A stretch of 64,000 nt of DNA, taken from assembly GCA_002633005.1 (NCBI GenBank), contig NMRA01000124.1, forward strand, positions 637,814 through 701,813. The letters run 5' to 3'. How positions within the stretch are numbered: the stretch's first letter is position 1; every line of letters begins with the position of its first letter. The stretch comes from Phoronis australis. Lineage: Eukaryota > Animalia > Phoronida. Position numbers and translations under genes: made by a program. Below the pieces are notes generated by a model that made no database searches, was not told where the DNA came from, and saw nothing but the letters and a program-made list of their open reading frames with translations. Positions 52,901 through 64,000 of this stretch are shown piece by piece.

Positions 52901-55900
52901 ACAAGACAAGTTTATAGTAACAACTACTCGGGAAATTCAGCATTTCAAATAAGAAGCTCGCCAGTTGAAATTATTAGAAGTACCGTACTCCTCAGAGCAC
53001 TTAAATTGGGAATCTAAAAAACAGGGGGTGGGAGGGTACTTTATGACAACAATAAAGTTTACCTTTGCACTTTTAATTTTCATAAATGCTACACAACAAG
53101 TCAAAAGTACTCAAGCAAAATGCACCAAGTCTTCCTTCATGACCGAGGATGAAGAGTAAGTAACAGGGGAGATAATAAGGTGATTATTTTGCAATTTTGC
53201 CGCCCTAATATTCATTACTTGTCATTCTTGCTATTAACGGAATTAGCCGTCATGAAGAGAATACAGTATTTTATCTGATTACTTTTGTAATGTATTTTAT
53301 TTCTGCATTCTCACAGGGTGGCATTGGTGAAAGAATGGTTCACCTGTCCTCTCTATACTGCATGTCGTCAGGTAGTTTTGTGAGATCACTACCCAAAAAT
53401 GGTGGCATCCAGTTGAACACCTTACCATTCTCGATCTACACAGGTAACTATGGTAATGTTCCACTTATTTCTCACAAAAATAATCCCCAAAACTGTTATT
53501 CTTACATTTTTCAAAGGCTGATTAGCTTGCTGCAAATATTAGAAACTTTACCAAATATCGCTTTATGACGTCTACGAGGCCACAAATCAAGCAACTAATA
53601 TACTAAAAATTTGTTAATCTTTCTTTTTTTGCATCACCAAGTGATTGCCGAGTCTTGCACAGCTACTGACGACATAACACTTACCAAGGATCTGGCGTAG
53701 ACCAATCAGCTGAGACATCATGATGCCAATGGTTAAACCAAGCTGATGAAGAACTCCCATCGCACCACGGATATTGACCGGTGAGACCTCCGTGAGATAC
53801 ATTGGTACAAGGCCAGAGCCAGCACCTGAGGAGAGCAGAACGACACACTACACATGAATGTTTCCCCCAGACCCAGACAAAAAAGAGAATTTCCTCCCTA
53901 GCCAGTCTCACATAAGCTATTCAGCAGGTTACGACAACATCTCGGTTGTTTTATGATCATAAAATTTATATGCAGACCAACAATGTATGTCACTGCAAGA
54001 ACTCAGAGCCACCTGCTCAAGGGTGAGGTCACACACGAGACAGAGCAAACTCAACATCGGTAGGGAGGATGTTTCCTATGAGGGATCAGTTGGTCAATTG
54101 GTAGAGAGGTGCTGCCAGGCGTGCCAGCACAGGCTGGTATTTTTGCTCTCTGGGGACAGTCGGTGAGAGTAAGATTTTCAGCCTATCTCAAATAAGCTGA
54201 AATGGCACTTGCTAGCACAAACTTAAGCATAATCTTAGAGGAAGCCCTCATCATTTTAGTTTCCTAAACTGTAAACACGCACACCATTTACAACTCAGGG
54301 GACCATGCAATGCTGGTCCACACCCCCTAGAACGGCCATGAACCAGGTCATAACTTTCCACCACAACCCATTGTCAATAAAAAATTTCTGCACATTATGG
54401 GGTACTAGTTTTGACCAACAAGAGATGATAACACTCAAGTGGCAATATACCATTAATAATCCAAGACAAGACAACATGCAACATACACCCATATAATTCT
54501 TTAGCATTGTGAGAGCACTGACCCGATTTCTTATTCTGGTGTGGAGTAGCTGAGTTGACAGGGATCAATGAAACACAATTCCCTTCATACAGGGCCATTT
54601 TGGTACATCAGACAATAGACATTTTCGTGTGATTTTTTCATTATTCCATAGTACAAAACCAGTGGAAACTTGGCAGCATGAAGGTGGCAAAGAAGTCACA
54701 AAAATTGGAAAATATCACTGCCGTACGGTAAATTTTCCTCATCTTCGAACAAAATAAATTTAAAAAGTTTTCGGAAAGTGGATCAGATTTGTAAATTAAG
54801 GAGTGTTGGTGCTGTGGTTCGGGAGTTGTAAACCTCCATACAAAAGTGAAGAAGAACGCCCACCAACTACTCCATATCAACATTTCTGCTCCAGAGATTA
54901 ATCAGTCATTCACTGAAATTAATCATAAACTTTGTACTTGAATGCTATATCCTTAATTTGTTTACCCCAAATGTTGTTCCCAATGTAAACATGAATAAAA
55001 TAAAGTAGTAAACTTTAAGACCGAGTGAACTCCCTATAACCTTAACGTAACAGTTTTCTAGCAATCTCATACTGCAAACCCATTTCCTCTTGTATTCCAC
55101 TTTAATATCCATGACGTAGTCAGTGAAGTCAGAAATTCCTGCTGTTTGTGGCCAGCCAGTGCATAATTGTAAACAAACCAAGCCAGGAGTCTGGCAGGGT
55201 GGCAAACGCCAGGAAATTATACTCAGCTGCTGATGATAATCTTGGCCAGAAGAAGAACACAGCGTAGTGGGGATGGGGTCAGTGATTGACAGCAAGGGAA
55301 TACTTTATGATGGAACCAAACGTTCTGTTCTACTCAGAGAATTTAACGATTCAAAATGAACCCTACAAAGAAAAGGGGATGGCAGATGGTTCTAAACTCA
55401 AAGCCGCGATCTTCAAAGATCACATCATTAGCATGTGCTCAAGTTTCAAAGTTCAAAACCTAAGGACTTTTGCGACACTGGTGTAATTTCAGTGACAAGT
55501 AGCAAAAATCGCACACACGCGCACAAAATTTTAGGTGCTGCAGGAAATACAGTTCAAGCTTATAAAAGTTCCACTTAGTGGAGAAAGACTTACCACACCC
55601 AATTCCAACAAGGAATCTTGCGATGATGATCATTTCTAGTGAGTTTCCAAGTTCACAGAAACCAAAGAAAAACGCGCCGATTATGTTGAAACTATGCATG
55701 ATCAAAAGCGATTTTTTTCTGAAAATAACCAATCATAAATAAATAGTCTTAGAGCATGGCAATTCCCCACTTATTTAGCACAGAAATAATTGTCAAAATT
55801 GTCATTATTCTAATTTTCTAGTGCAGATTACTTTGTGCCACAAATAATGAAAATATTATTAAAAGTTGATTTATGATATCAGCACTGCACAAACCAAAAC

Positions 55901-58900
55901 TTTCTGGACACATTTGACAAAATAGAATTTCATTTGCAGGACATATTGCGTACTTAATAAGTGAGTACGTCACTTGAAGAAAGGGATTCTCTGGCAATTG
56001 TTTTGTTGTGACTAGACATAATTCAAAATTTATTACTCACTTCACGGAAAACTGATGATAAAGCTGCAATTTTTTTACCTAGCTGAAAACAAAAATTCAA
56101 ATTAGGGCTTTTACTGTGATAAAATTGATCACCAAACATTCCTCACTATGATGGGATTCTGTTTCTGTTAAATCGAATCACAGAAAGGAATATTATGAGA
56201 ACAATTTTACGAGAGTAAAAACTGGCCTCATTTGATTTTATTTTTGTTTTTAGCTATCTTAACAGGACAAAATCCTTAGTGATAGATAGTATAGTCTATA
56301 AATAATGAACTGAATAAAAGAAATCTTGGATTACAGTGAGACCATTTTAACACGATAAGACTAAGTTTCTAATTTTCTAAAATCAAACTCTAGAACAGTG
56401 GAGTTCATTGCTTGCATCTGTGGTTATGTTATCTTCACTTGATTTATTAGCCGAAAACTTGGCAATTTTGACTTCACCTAATTGCTAAAGTATGGAGATT
56501 TATTGATGCTGGCAAGAGTTCAGCTCTGAGTTTTGGCTACACAATGAGTTGATTGTATTACCCACTACAAAACACATAAATAAAAGTTGAAAAGAATCTG
56601 AGCACAAACACAAGCAATTTTAGTCTGGTTAAAAAGATTGACTTATCGATTAATTAATGTGGATGGACGAAAAAATGGAATAACTCCAGGGTGGAAATCA
56701 AGAAATTTATAAGAATGAACAATAGACTTATCAAGACCTTAGATGCGTCACGTGGGGTTTACTGCCTGGAGTGAAAAAAGACAAATACAGTGGCAGCTGA
56801 GTACGAAACTATTTAATATTGCATATTATGAAATGTCAACTGTCTGCGATGTGAATACTATAGCATAGACAAGCCCAAGTCTGAACAAAATGATCCGATG
56901 AGATAGAATGGAATGAATGCAAATAGACGTGGCTAAACAGTTAAGATTTCTAGGAAAAGAGATACAAAATATCAATAAGACTGAGTAAGATAGACCAACA
57001 ACCACCCAACGATTAATTGGAATAGCAATGACAACTCAGATCAATGAGAAATAACGGTAACCTTTTTCAAAAATAGACTGACTCAAAACCAAGTGATGAA
57101 AAAGTGAACTTACATCCAATATGGCCCTCGCTCACTTAAGAGGAAACGTGCCTGTGATTTCTGAGAAGGTAATCTTTTAGTTGCAGGGTAAATTCCTATG
57201 CCTCACGGAGCCAAAACTAACTTTTGATTCTAATCTTGATGGGAATTTTTACTTGTTTAATCATTAGACGGATAATTTTGGGCCAGAATGTGAGGAATAT
57301 CACCTGATATTTAAATATTTGTAAAAGGGGAATGGGGCATCGAGGAGACTGCCAAAATTTCCAGCCAACAGGTGGCCTAGATGACAGATACATTCAACAA
57401 ATCACATAAAAAGGTCAGCGAACCTGATGAATGGATCATAAACAAGGTAAGCAAACTTGTTCAACAATGAATCCCAGTAAATGCTCAAATTGTTGGACAA
57501 CACTATCAAGACACACGGAAGGTTTTACGCATTTGACTTAAAACCATAAATATATCATAATACAACCGGTATACGTACCTTCCAAATTTATCGGCAAACC
57601 ATCCTACAGAGAATGCGCCTATACACCCTCCGACGAGATAGATAGCTACAGTGAATGACCATACAAAGGTCAAAAGGTCACCAGAGACGACACCATCCTC
57701 CACAAACCGCTCAGTTAACGAACGGTTCAAAAAATTCTTTATCAACTGAAATACAAAAGCACGTACTGTAATTAGTTCTAAAACAAAGGTCCAGTAAATG
57801 ACGAGAGTTGTTCCGGAAACGTTGACTACCTGGCATTGTTCATGTAATACTTTTCCAGTCAGAAGAAATGCAAATTACTCGCCGATATTTTAGTCCAAAT
57901 CAATAACAGTTCTTAACTTCATTCTCTCCTCACAGGAGCACAAGCGGTTCATAGATGTGGAAAATCTTGGTGATGTTCGGAAATCGGCAGTACATGACCA
58001 AAAGGGTTGAACATTCAGAATCAAACGTAGCATCGAGCTTTTGTCAACGACTAAATTGCTAGTAAGCAAGCGTAGTCAAGATTCTAAATCTGCCACTGCA
58101 TAAGGAATTGCAACGGAAAGTTGCCCAAAGGACACAAGAAAAACTCACAATTTCTGGTGAATTGAGAACCCCAGTGTTCCAGCCATGTGGAAATGAGCTT
58201 CCGAAGACAGCAATGGAGGCTGTAACTGCTAAAGGCGTTGTTACTTTGCCCTGTAAAAAGGAAGTCGTTTAGTACACTGGAAATGATAGGATCAACAAAT
58301 ATTTGGCAATAGGCCTGACTGGCCATGTTTGTTACTCTCCGATGACATTGTGGACATCTAAATCTCTCGATAAAGGGAAAGAAAATTTCCGCGTTTCGGC
58401 AGAGTCAACCATCTTCCACCAAGGACTGTAATTCCAATTTTGGGCGACATATGGGTCGTAACAAACAAGCCCTTGAAGGGTTGGTCAACACGAGGGCACA
58501 CATTTGTGTTTCAGTTAGGACTCTAACAGGAAATAAAGTATCAAAAGTGTTTAGTCAGATGTAAATGCTTTGGGTGTTCCAAAAAGTATAAAAATGAACA
58601 GTCTGAAATGTGAACTACAGGAAATGCTTTCATTAAGAAACGTTTTTTTTTTTTTCAAGTATCCAAATTCAGTTTCGTGAGACACAAATGTTATGAAAAT
58701 GACACAGTTGTTAAAACAACATGACACGAAAGTTAGGAAAACTTCCAGTCAACAAAGAGTACAATAATTCTAAAAATAAATATTTTATTTTACAAATAAG
58801 ACTAACACTCCACATACACCCATACAGTGACTAAATCTAAATAAAAAAAACTTTTCCTGGTGTGTATAATTTTATAAGACAATTTTTAACTCACAACTGT

Positions 58901-60087
58901 TCAAAATACTCACAGCAATCTAGCCATTTCAGAAAAAAAAACAGTGAAAGACAGCTTGCTCATCTCAACCAAACATTTTAATTTTCAAAATACAAGTGTC
59001 TGAATGATAGTAGTATAGTATAAAGACAACTGAATAGAGGTCATGACCTCTTATGTCCACACAACAATGACAACAATGAAACAAAATCCAAGGGCGACAA
59101 ATCCCCTAGACAGTGTTTGACAAACGTACTTAATAACATGACTATTCAGGCGAGGCCACGCTAGGGGGGCACTCCTTCGGGAAACCAAAGTATTCGCGCG
59201 TGAAGTGGAGGCGTGGCAGCTATATCGAACGTGATTGGTTGAAAAGAGACACACAAGTGTGGTGTGTCTGATGCAACCTTATCGACGGATTTACTATCAG
59301 TAAACATAGACCGACTCATAGTAATGTGCTCCCGCAGAACTGACAAGAATGAATTGTATTCGAACGAACGCCTAACAAACATTTCAGTCGATAACCTGTG
59401 ACTGTGCTTGTAGTTGTGGGTTCCTGGTTCCGTGTCGCGTTTTCTGAGGTTTTACCTCCTAAGTCTACAAGAATACACATAAAGACTTATAGTTCTTTCT
59501 TTCACTTCAACGCGGTATTAAAATTAGATGTCTCTTCAAATCACACAATGTAATATTCGGGAATTAGAAGCTGGCCAAAGGCCCTCCCAGATAAGTAATT
59601 CCAGCCTCTCAAAAAATGTATCACCAATGACCGAAAAATTGGACGTAAATCGGGGACCCCAAACAAGAGGGACTAGTGCTATGATCTTTGACACCACGTG
59701 GCACGTGGATTGATAATATGGTACCCACGCGCGGATCACACGTTCACTGAACCTCGTACCAATTCGAGAGTACTCAGAAAGTCATCCAGTAAAACAATTC
59801 ACTTACAAACACTGATTCGCATTCAGATAAGTGTATTGAAGCCCACCGAAGAAGATTTGCTGGCATTGTGAACACTTTTCAGTCATCTTTTGATCACGTT
59901 GGTACAATGTCTATGACCTTGAATCGGCTGACTTCACGAGTAGGGTCTCGAGTCGTTTACGACGTGTGTTACCACCCATAAATATGAACAAAAATGTGAA
60001 CTGTGTTGGGTCAAATTCAGTAAATCTTACCTTAAGTCTGTCATGATTGGGGTCTATCATCCCCTGTCTGTCTTTATTTTCCGCCAT
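40716..60087 (-). CDS. SLC2A: Solute carrier family 2 facilitated hexose transporter (GLUT/SLC2A, class I/II-like); 11 exons: 60087-60031, 58250-58149, 57745-57579, 55718-55594, 53825-53685, 52806-52669, 51122-50932, 42390-42280, 41842-41665, 41293-41166, 40910-40716; 510 aa
   Basis: All junctions are GT-AG and phase-compatible (1533 nt). Sugar-porter motifs: [66 protein letters not shown]. There is an N-glycosylation sequon (NRS) in the first exofacial loop. Confidence 0.95.
41166..41293 (-). CDS. SLC2A: SLC2A exon 10
   Basis: (G)[42 protein letters not shown]; acceptor ccacag|, donor cag|gttagt. Confidence 0.95.
41665..41842 (-). CDS. SLC2A: SLC2A exon 9
   Basis: [27 protein letters not shown](G); acceptor ctgctag|, donor g|gtaagt. 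Confidence 0.95.
42280..42390 (-). CDS. SLC2A: SLC2A exon 8
   Basis: [37 protein letters not shown]; acceptor tttcag|, donor tcg|gtaaga. Confidence 0.95.
43826..43984. mobile_element. Tc1/mariner-pogo-type MITE (TA TSD, 24-bp TIR)
   Basis: ta|ccgtaatcgttcgggttaacgccc ... gggcgttaacccgaacgattacag|ta, with four internal ttaaccgcc motifs. Confidence 0.85.
45175..45548. repeat. Minisatellite with alternating 35/34-bp monomers (69-bp higher-order unit, about 11 monomers)
   Basis: gttc(a/g)c anchors at 45189, 45224, 45258, 45293, 45327, 45362, 45396, 45431, 45465, 45500 and 45535. Confidence 0.93.
47276..47538. mobile_element. MITE with CCCGGGGGG(TCACTC) termini
   Basis: cccggggggtcactcacat ... 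atatgagtgaccctccacccccaggg; homologous to 34362-34557. Confidence 0.75.
48714..50096. repeat. 691-bp tandem duplication separated by a single N (48714-49404 / 49406-50096); likely unmerged contig overlap
   Basis: Near-identical copies (about 9 substitutions counted by eye) abut exactly at N49405. Confidence 0.95.
50932..51122 (-). CDS. SLC2A: SLC2A exon 7
   Basis: (S)[42 protein letters not shown]; acceptor ttgtgtag|, donor gtg|gtaggt. Confidence 0.95.
52669..52806 (-). CDS. SLC2A: SLC2A exon 6 (not in the ORF track on this strand)
   Basis: (G)[45 protein letters not shown]; acceptor tttcag|, donor t|gtaagt. Confidence 0.95.
53685..53825 (-). CDS. SLC2A: SLC2A exon 5
   Basis: (G)[46 protein letters not shown]; acceptor ctcctcag|, donor g|gtaagt. 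Confidence 0.95.
55594..55718 (-). CDS. SLC2A: SLC2A exon 4
   Basis: (R)[41 protein letters not shown]; acceptor ttttcag|, donor g|gtaagt. Confidence 0.95.
57579..57745 (-). CDS. SLC2A: SLC2A exon 3
   Basis: [44 protein letters not shown](R); acceptor tttcag|, donor ag|gtacgt. Confidence 0.95.
58149..58250 (-). CDS. SLC2A: SLC2A exon 2 (TM1)
   Basis: [34 protein letters not shown]; acceptor ctttttacag|, donor att|gtgagt. Confidence 0.93.
60031..60087 (-). CDS. SLC2A: SLC2A probable first coding exon
   Basis: caaATGGCG start; [19 protein letters not shown]; strong phase-0 donor aag|gtaaga matching exon 2. A short first coding exon is typical of GLUT genes. Confidence 0.7.
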
Positions 60088-60570
60088 TTGAGATTCCTGT
60101 ATCCGACTAGTTCAGGGTAAATTTACAATATTGTGCTCTCTATCGATTATGCGATTTTCACTGTGGATGAATGACTACGGCTTTTCTTTTCAAGACTGTT
60201 GAACCAATAGGAATTCTTGTTACATATGAAAGGTCGTACATTCATTATGGCATGTTGCCAAGCTGTTTGAAAGGCATTTGACCTTGAGAGATATGACGTT
60301 GTTAGTAAAAAATACCTCAGACCACTTGTTTAGTTATTTGAGATAAAAGGGGATGATTTGGGCGCGTTCTTGCGTTCATCGCGATAAACGTGAGCTTATT
60401 GTTTTAAAACGTTCTAAAATGTAGTCCTACATAAGAATAATAAAAATTTGCCATGATGCGCAATTTTGGCGGTCTTTTGGATGTTTATCTATACTAGACG
60501 TACAGCAAGAATAAGTGCCAGTTGCGAAATAAACTCCACGGGCAAGCGAAAATACCCGTGGTTAAGCCAG

Positions 60571-60943
60571 AGGCCCGTTCCAAGAAAACAGACTTAGCTA
60601 AGACAAATCTTAATTTTCGGTCAGTTTTTATATAAAACTTAAATTTGTCTCAAGTCTGTTTCAAGAAAGTGACATAAAAAATAGTTGCAGGCGGTCTGAT
60701 ACATGTTGCACCAGACGTGCACAGGCCGCGCATGTGGGCCCATTGCACTGATCACCTGGAACCATATTATGCTTTATTAATATATAGTTAAAAGTGAACT
60801 TAAGTTTGACTTAAGTTTTTGACTGAGGTTTTTTCTTAATTTTGACTATCTTACATGTTGGGGAAGTTTCAAACTTTGGAAGATGAGACAAATCTAAGAC
60901 TTAAGTCAAAAATCAACGTAAGTCGGTTTCTTGGAACGGACCC
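60571..60943. mobile_element. PIF/Harbinger-like MITE (3-bp CAG TSD) upstream of SLC2A
   Basis: cag|aggcccgttccaagaaaacagactta ... taagtcggtttcttggaacggaccc|cag, with internal gacttaag/cttaagtc repeats. Confidence 0.8.
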
Positions 60944-62631
60944 CAGTTTGCCTATGGGCCGGTATAGTACATACTTGGGTGACATTTATAGACTTCAGCA
61001 AATGCGGCTAGTGAATACTGTGTTCAGTTTGGTTTCATACCTCCCAAAAGTATAATGGGCATGCTCTGTTATGGCATTAGATTCGCTGAATTAGCCAATA
61101 TAAATTACTAAGACTGAAATCAGTCGTGAAAATATCACAGAGTTAGTAGCAAACGAGCACTCGATGTTGCAGGTGAGGAACTGAGATCCCCGCTGGGGAT
61201 AACAAGACAAGTACGTCTGTGTGGCTGAGTCTTTAACTCGTTGCCACAGTCAATGGCTAGTGTCGACCTCTATTGTCAATCATCGATAGCGTGCACGTTT
61301 GCAGCACCACGATCGGTAATGAACACAACCAGTGAACAAAAGTATCAGTTCCGGATAACGCAAAAGATCAGATTTTCACAGGCATACATTCAAATGCGGA
61401 GACTTTCACACTTAAACCGGCTGAGACAACGTGTTATCTCATAACTCTCATATTTGAGCATAAGTCTTATTATTAATTTCATGTTATCTGTCGGTTCACC
61501 TAGGTGATTTTGTCTTGTCTGATAATTGGATTACAATATCACAAATTTCTCACTGCAGATATTCAAATAGTTACATAAATATAATGCAATAACGATAACT
61601 ATGGCTGCACACAACGACTTTAATGCGGGGTCATATATAGACAGTCTCCAAAACATAAATTAATAAAATTGCCCATATAGCTTCTAGGCATGCCTATCTA
61701 GAAAAAAAACGCTTTGTTAATGTCTCCCTCCCCTTCCGCGGCATTCTACATCTGCCAGTGACTCTCTGTTGACAACAACCAGTTGAAGAGGACACAGAAT
61801 AAAAGAGCATTTCGTTAATTACAGCTCTGCTTAAATTTGAGTTTACCTTTTTCATTACTATTTTTACATTAAAACCCGACGTTCGGTGTTATTCACCGGT
61901 CATGAACACCAGGAGAAATTCTGAAATTTAAAATCTAAAATTTTTATATCTTAAATGCTGTTTATTCTGAGAAAGAAAGAAATTATATGTAGGTCGGTTT
62001 GTATCAAATTCCGTTTCTTATGCAATTCAAACCAAAACGATGCCGAAATAATATATTTCCTGACGGTTTATTGAACTAAAAACTATTCCGACGACATACC
62101 GGGTAATATCCACAAAAACAATGGCTGGCCTTATTTCACATCTCGATTTTTTCTGACGCGTCGCCGGCGAAATTAAATCAACTCAAAACAGGGATGCCCC
62201 ACGGGCTAAAAACAATAACATTTAATTTATGACATGCCCACGTGCAGGGGATAGCTGCTTAGGCCTACAAGTAGTTTAAGGTAATGCACCTCTATGTGAA
62301 ACAACTGAGTAAAGAAAATCCCAGGGAAACATTATTTCACACATAGGCGAATGGGCCAAAACAAGCGCAATAGGATAAGCAGATTATGAGCGCACATCTA
62401 ATTGACCGCGCTGTTCGCGACACATAACGAATAATTCTTTGATTTCTAGATTTCTTGTGTGCTTACGCCCAAGCGCGCCGAATGATGAAAATCAGTGTGG
62501 TAAAAGTTAAGCTTTCTCGTGTGATTTTTTTAAAGAAGGCAAATACGACGTCCGACGGCAAGGCAGCCAGACGATTACAACAGGCGTTCACAAAGTCGTC
62601 CTATCTGTTACGAGTATTTAGCATAACATTA

Positions 62632-62755
62632 CATAGGGGGCATCATAGCCCCCCACTTTTTTCAGTGCTACGCCGCACGTGGTCTATAGGCGGTGCATCA
62701 CAGGGGGCTGAAGGGGCTTTAGCCCCCCACTTTTTTCGGTGCTGAGCCGCCCATG
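62632..62755. mobile_element. Short MITE with internal duplication and 5-bp TSD
   Basis: catagggg...ccgcccatg flanked by catta at 62627-62631 and 62756-62760. The motif tagccccccacttttttc(a/g)gtgct occurs twice inside. Confidence 0.7.
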
Positions 62756-63679
62756 CATTAATGTGCAAAAGGTAAATATTCTGGCCAGTCATGTATTATC
62801 ACCATGAACGGCAGCACCTAACCACAAACCACATCATTGGAATGATAGCTTCTCACGGTAAGAAAGTTAATCTGCTGTCTGATTTGCGGACGGATGATAA
62901 GAAGGCAGAGCATGCGCACATGTTTGACGAGCGTACACATGGGAACTATTTTTCAGGCGGTAAATCTACCTTATCAGTCAGACGGCATGTGAACATAACA
63001 TTATTCAGAGAAGAATGACGGTTTGGAAATCTACCCTTAAAATACTTGCATAACGTATTGCTGTCCATTCTGTACTGTTTAGCACTGTTTTGTAATTTTG
63101 GAATTGCAAATATACATGGCACCGTCTGCCATTCCACTATAGCAGACGACACACGATGAGAATACGACTAAACTGCATGGGAAAAGGTTAAGAGGGAGAA
63201 AAAAGCTTGATTAAAATGGACGAGTGTAGTTGATTTTAGAGTAGTTCTTTGTTAACCAAATTTGTTTTCTCAGTTTTTCGGAAAGGTACGAGTTTATTCA
63301 GTTAGACACTTCATTTTTGTCACAATAGAAGTAGTGGCGTATTGCATTGCACATGCAGTTTACAACTGGCAACCCATTTTTTAAATTCTGGCAGTTTATA
63401 CAATGCAAGTTCTTTTCATGGACATATTTATACATAGACACTCGCGAGAATTATCAACAACGTTCAAAAGTAAACCATTGCATTCTTCAATGGCAAATTA
63501 GGGAGTTTCGGCCACAAGCAAACGCTGTTTGACTAATCAAAAGTCACAGGTTCGCACTCGCGCATAAATTGTCCCCCACCTTTTTGTTTGGACTCGGCGT
63601 TAACAAACAGGGTTGTACGGAAAATCCCACCATCAAAGCTAGTGAACTTGAACTTGAAAGGGAATGTTCAGGTAATATA

Positions 63680-63829
63680 CAGTGGCGGATTTAGAGGGGG
63701 CTATGGCACCCACTCAATAAAATTCTCCCAGATTCCATATGGCAGTTCGGGGTGCGAATGTCAGACGGGCAAAATCCTGGCTAATACTCTGCCCTGCCCC
63801 CCCAACTCAAAATCCTGGATCCGCCCCTG
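63680..63829. mobile_element. MITE with 5-bp TSD; same family as 27819-27980
   Basis: cagtggcggattt...aaaatcctggatccgcccctg; flanks atata / atcta (4/5 match). Confidence 0.88.
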
Positions 63830-64000
63830 ATCTATTTATTCTCCAAAGTAAGTATTTTGCTATTCTAGAGACATGAAGCAATTTTCAAGTGATTGTGTTA
63901 GAAGTCGAGCAGAACTTAGTGCACATCAGTGTATCAGTGAACAAAGACATCAGGAAATAAATCCTTCCAACCCTCTTTGAATTAGCTGACCCAGACAACT

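Noticed and set aside
6024-59180. Scattered CTCF-like motifs (about 6025, 16282, 22183, 57364, 59158)
   Set aside because: Partial matches are expected by chance in 64 kb and cannot be scored without a PWM or ChIP data.
19792-60087. Functional linkage of the TMED6-like and GLUT genes (both associated with islet biology in vertebrates)
   Set aside because: Convergent neighbours in a eukaryote with apparently different methylation signatures; adjacency alone is not evidence without conserved synteny.

Overview
This is AT-rich animal genomic DNA, most likely from an invertebrate. It has GT-AG spliceosomal introns and five single-N assembly joins (16751, 24962, 37198, 41082, 49405). I could build two complete, convergent protein-coding genes by hand. 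The first is a 4-exon p24/TMED cargo receptor on the + strand (19792..27776, 238 aa, TMED6-like). The second is an 11-exon SLC2A/GLUT facilitative sugar transporter on the - strand (60087..40716, 510 aa). The GLUT gene probably has an alternative terminal exon (35507..35247) that would replace a short PDZ-type tail with an 86-aa cytosolic tail, and its sugar-binding pocket differs from GLUT1 at several key residues. A possible third gene is suggested by an orphan - strand exon encoding a hydrophobic, signal-peptide-like stretch (8446..8318). The rest is intron and intergenic DNA. It contains decayed non-LTR retrotransposon fragments, many MITEs (five with 5-bp target-site duplications), micro- and minisatellites, and two duplications at N joins that are probably haplotype or assembly artefacts. 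Most short ORFs in the supplied track are spurious. I found no CRISPR array, rRNA, intact tRNA or unambiguous new multi-gene system. All alignments and counts were done by eye.
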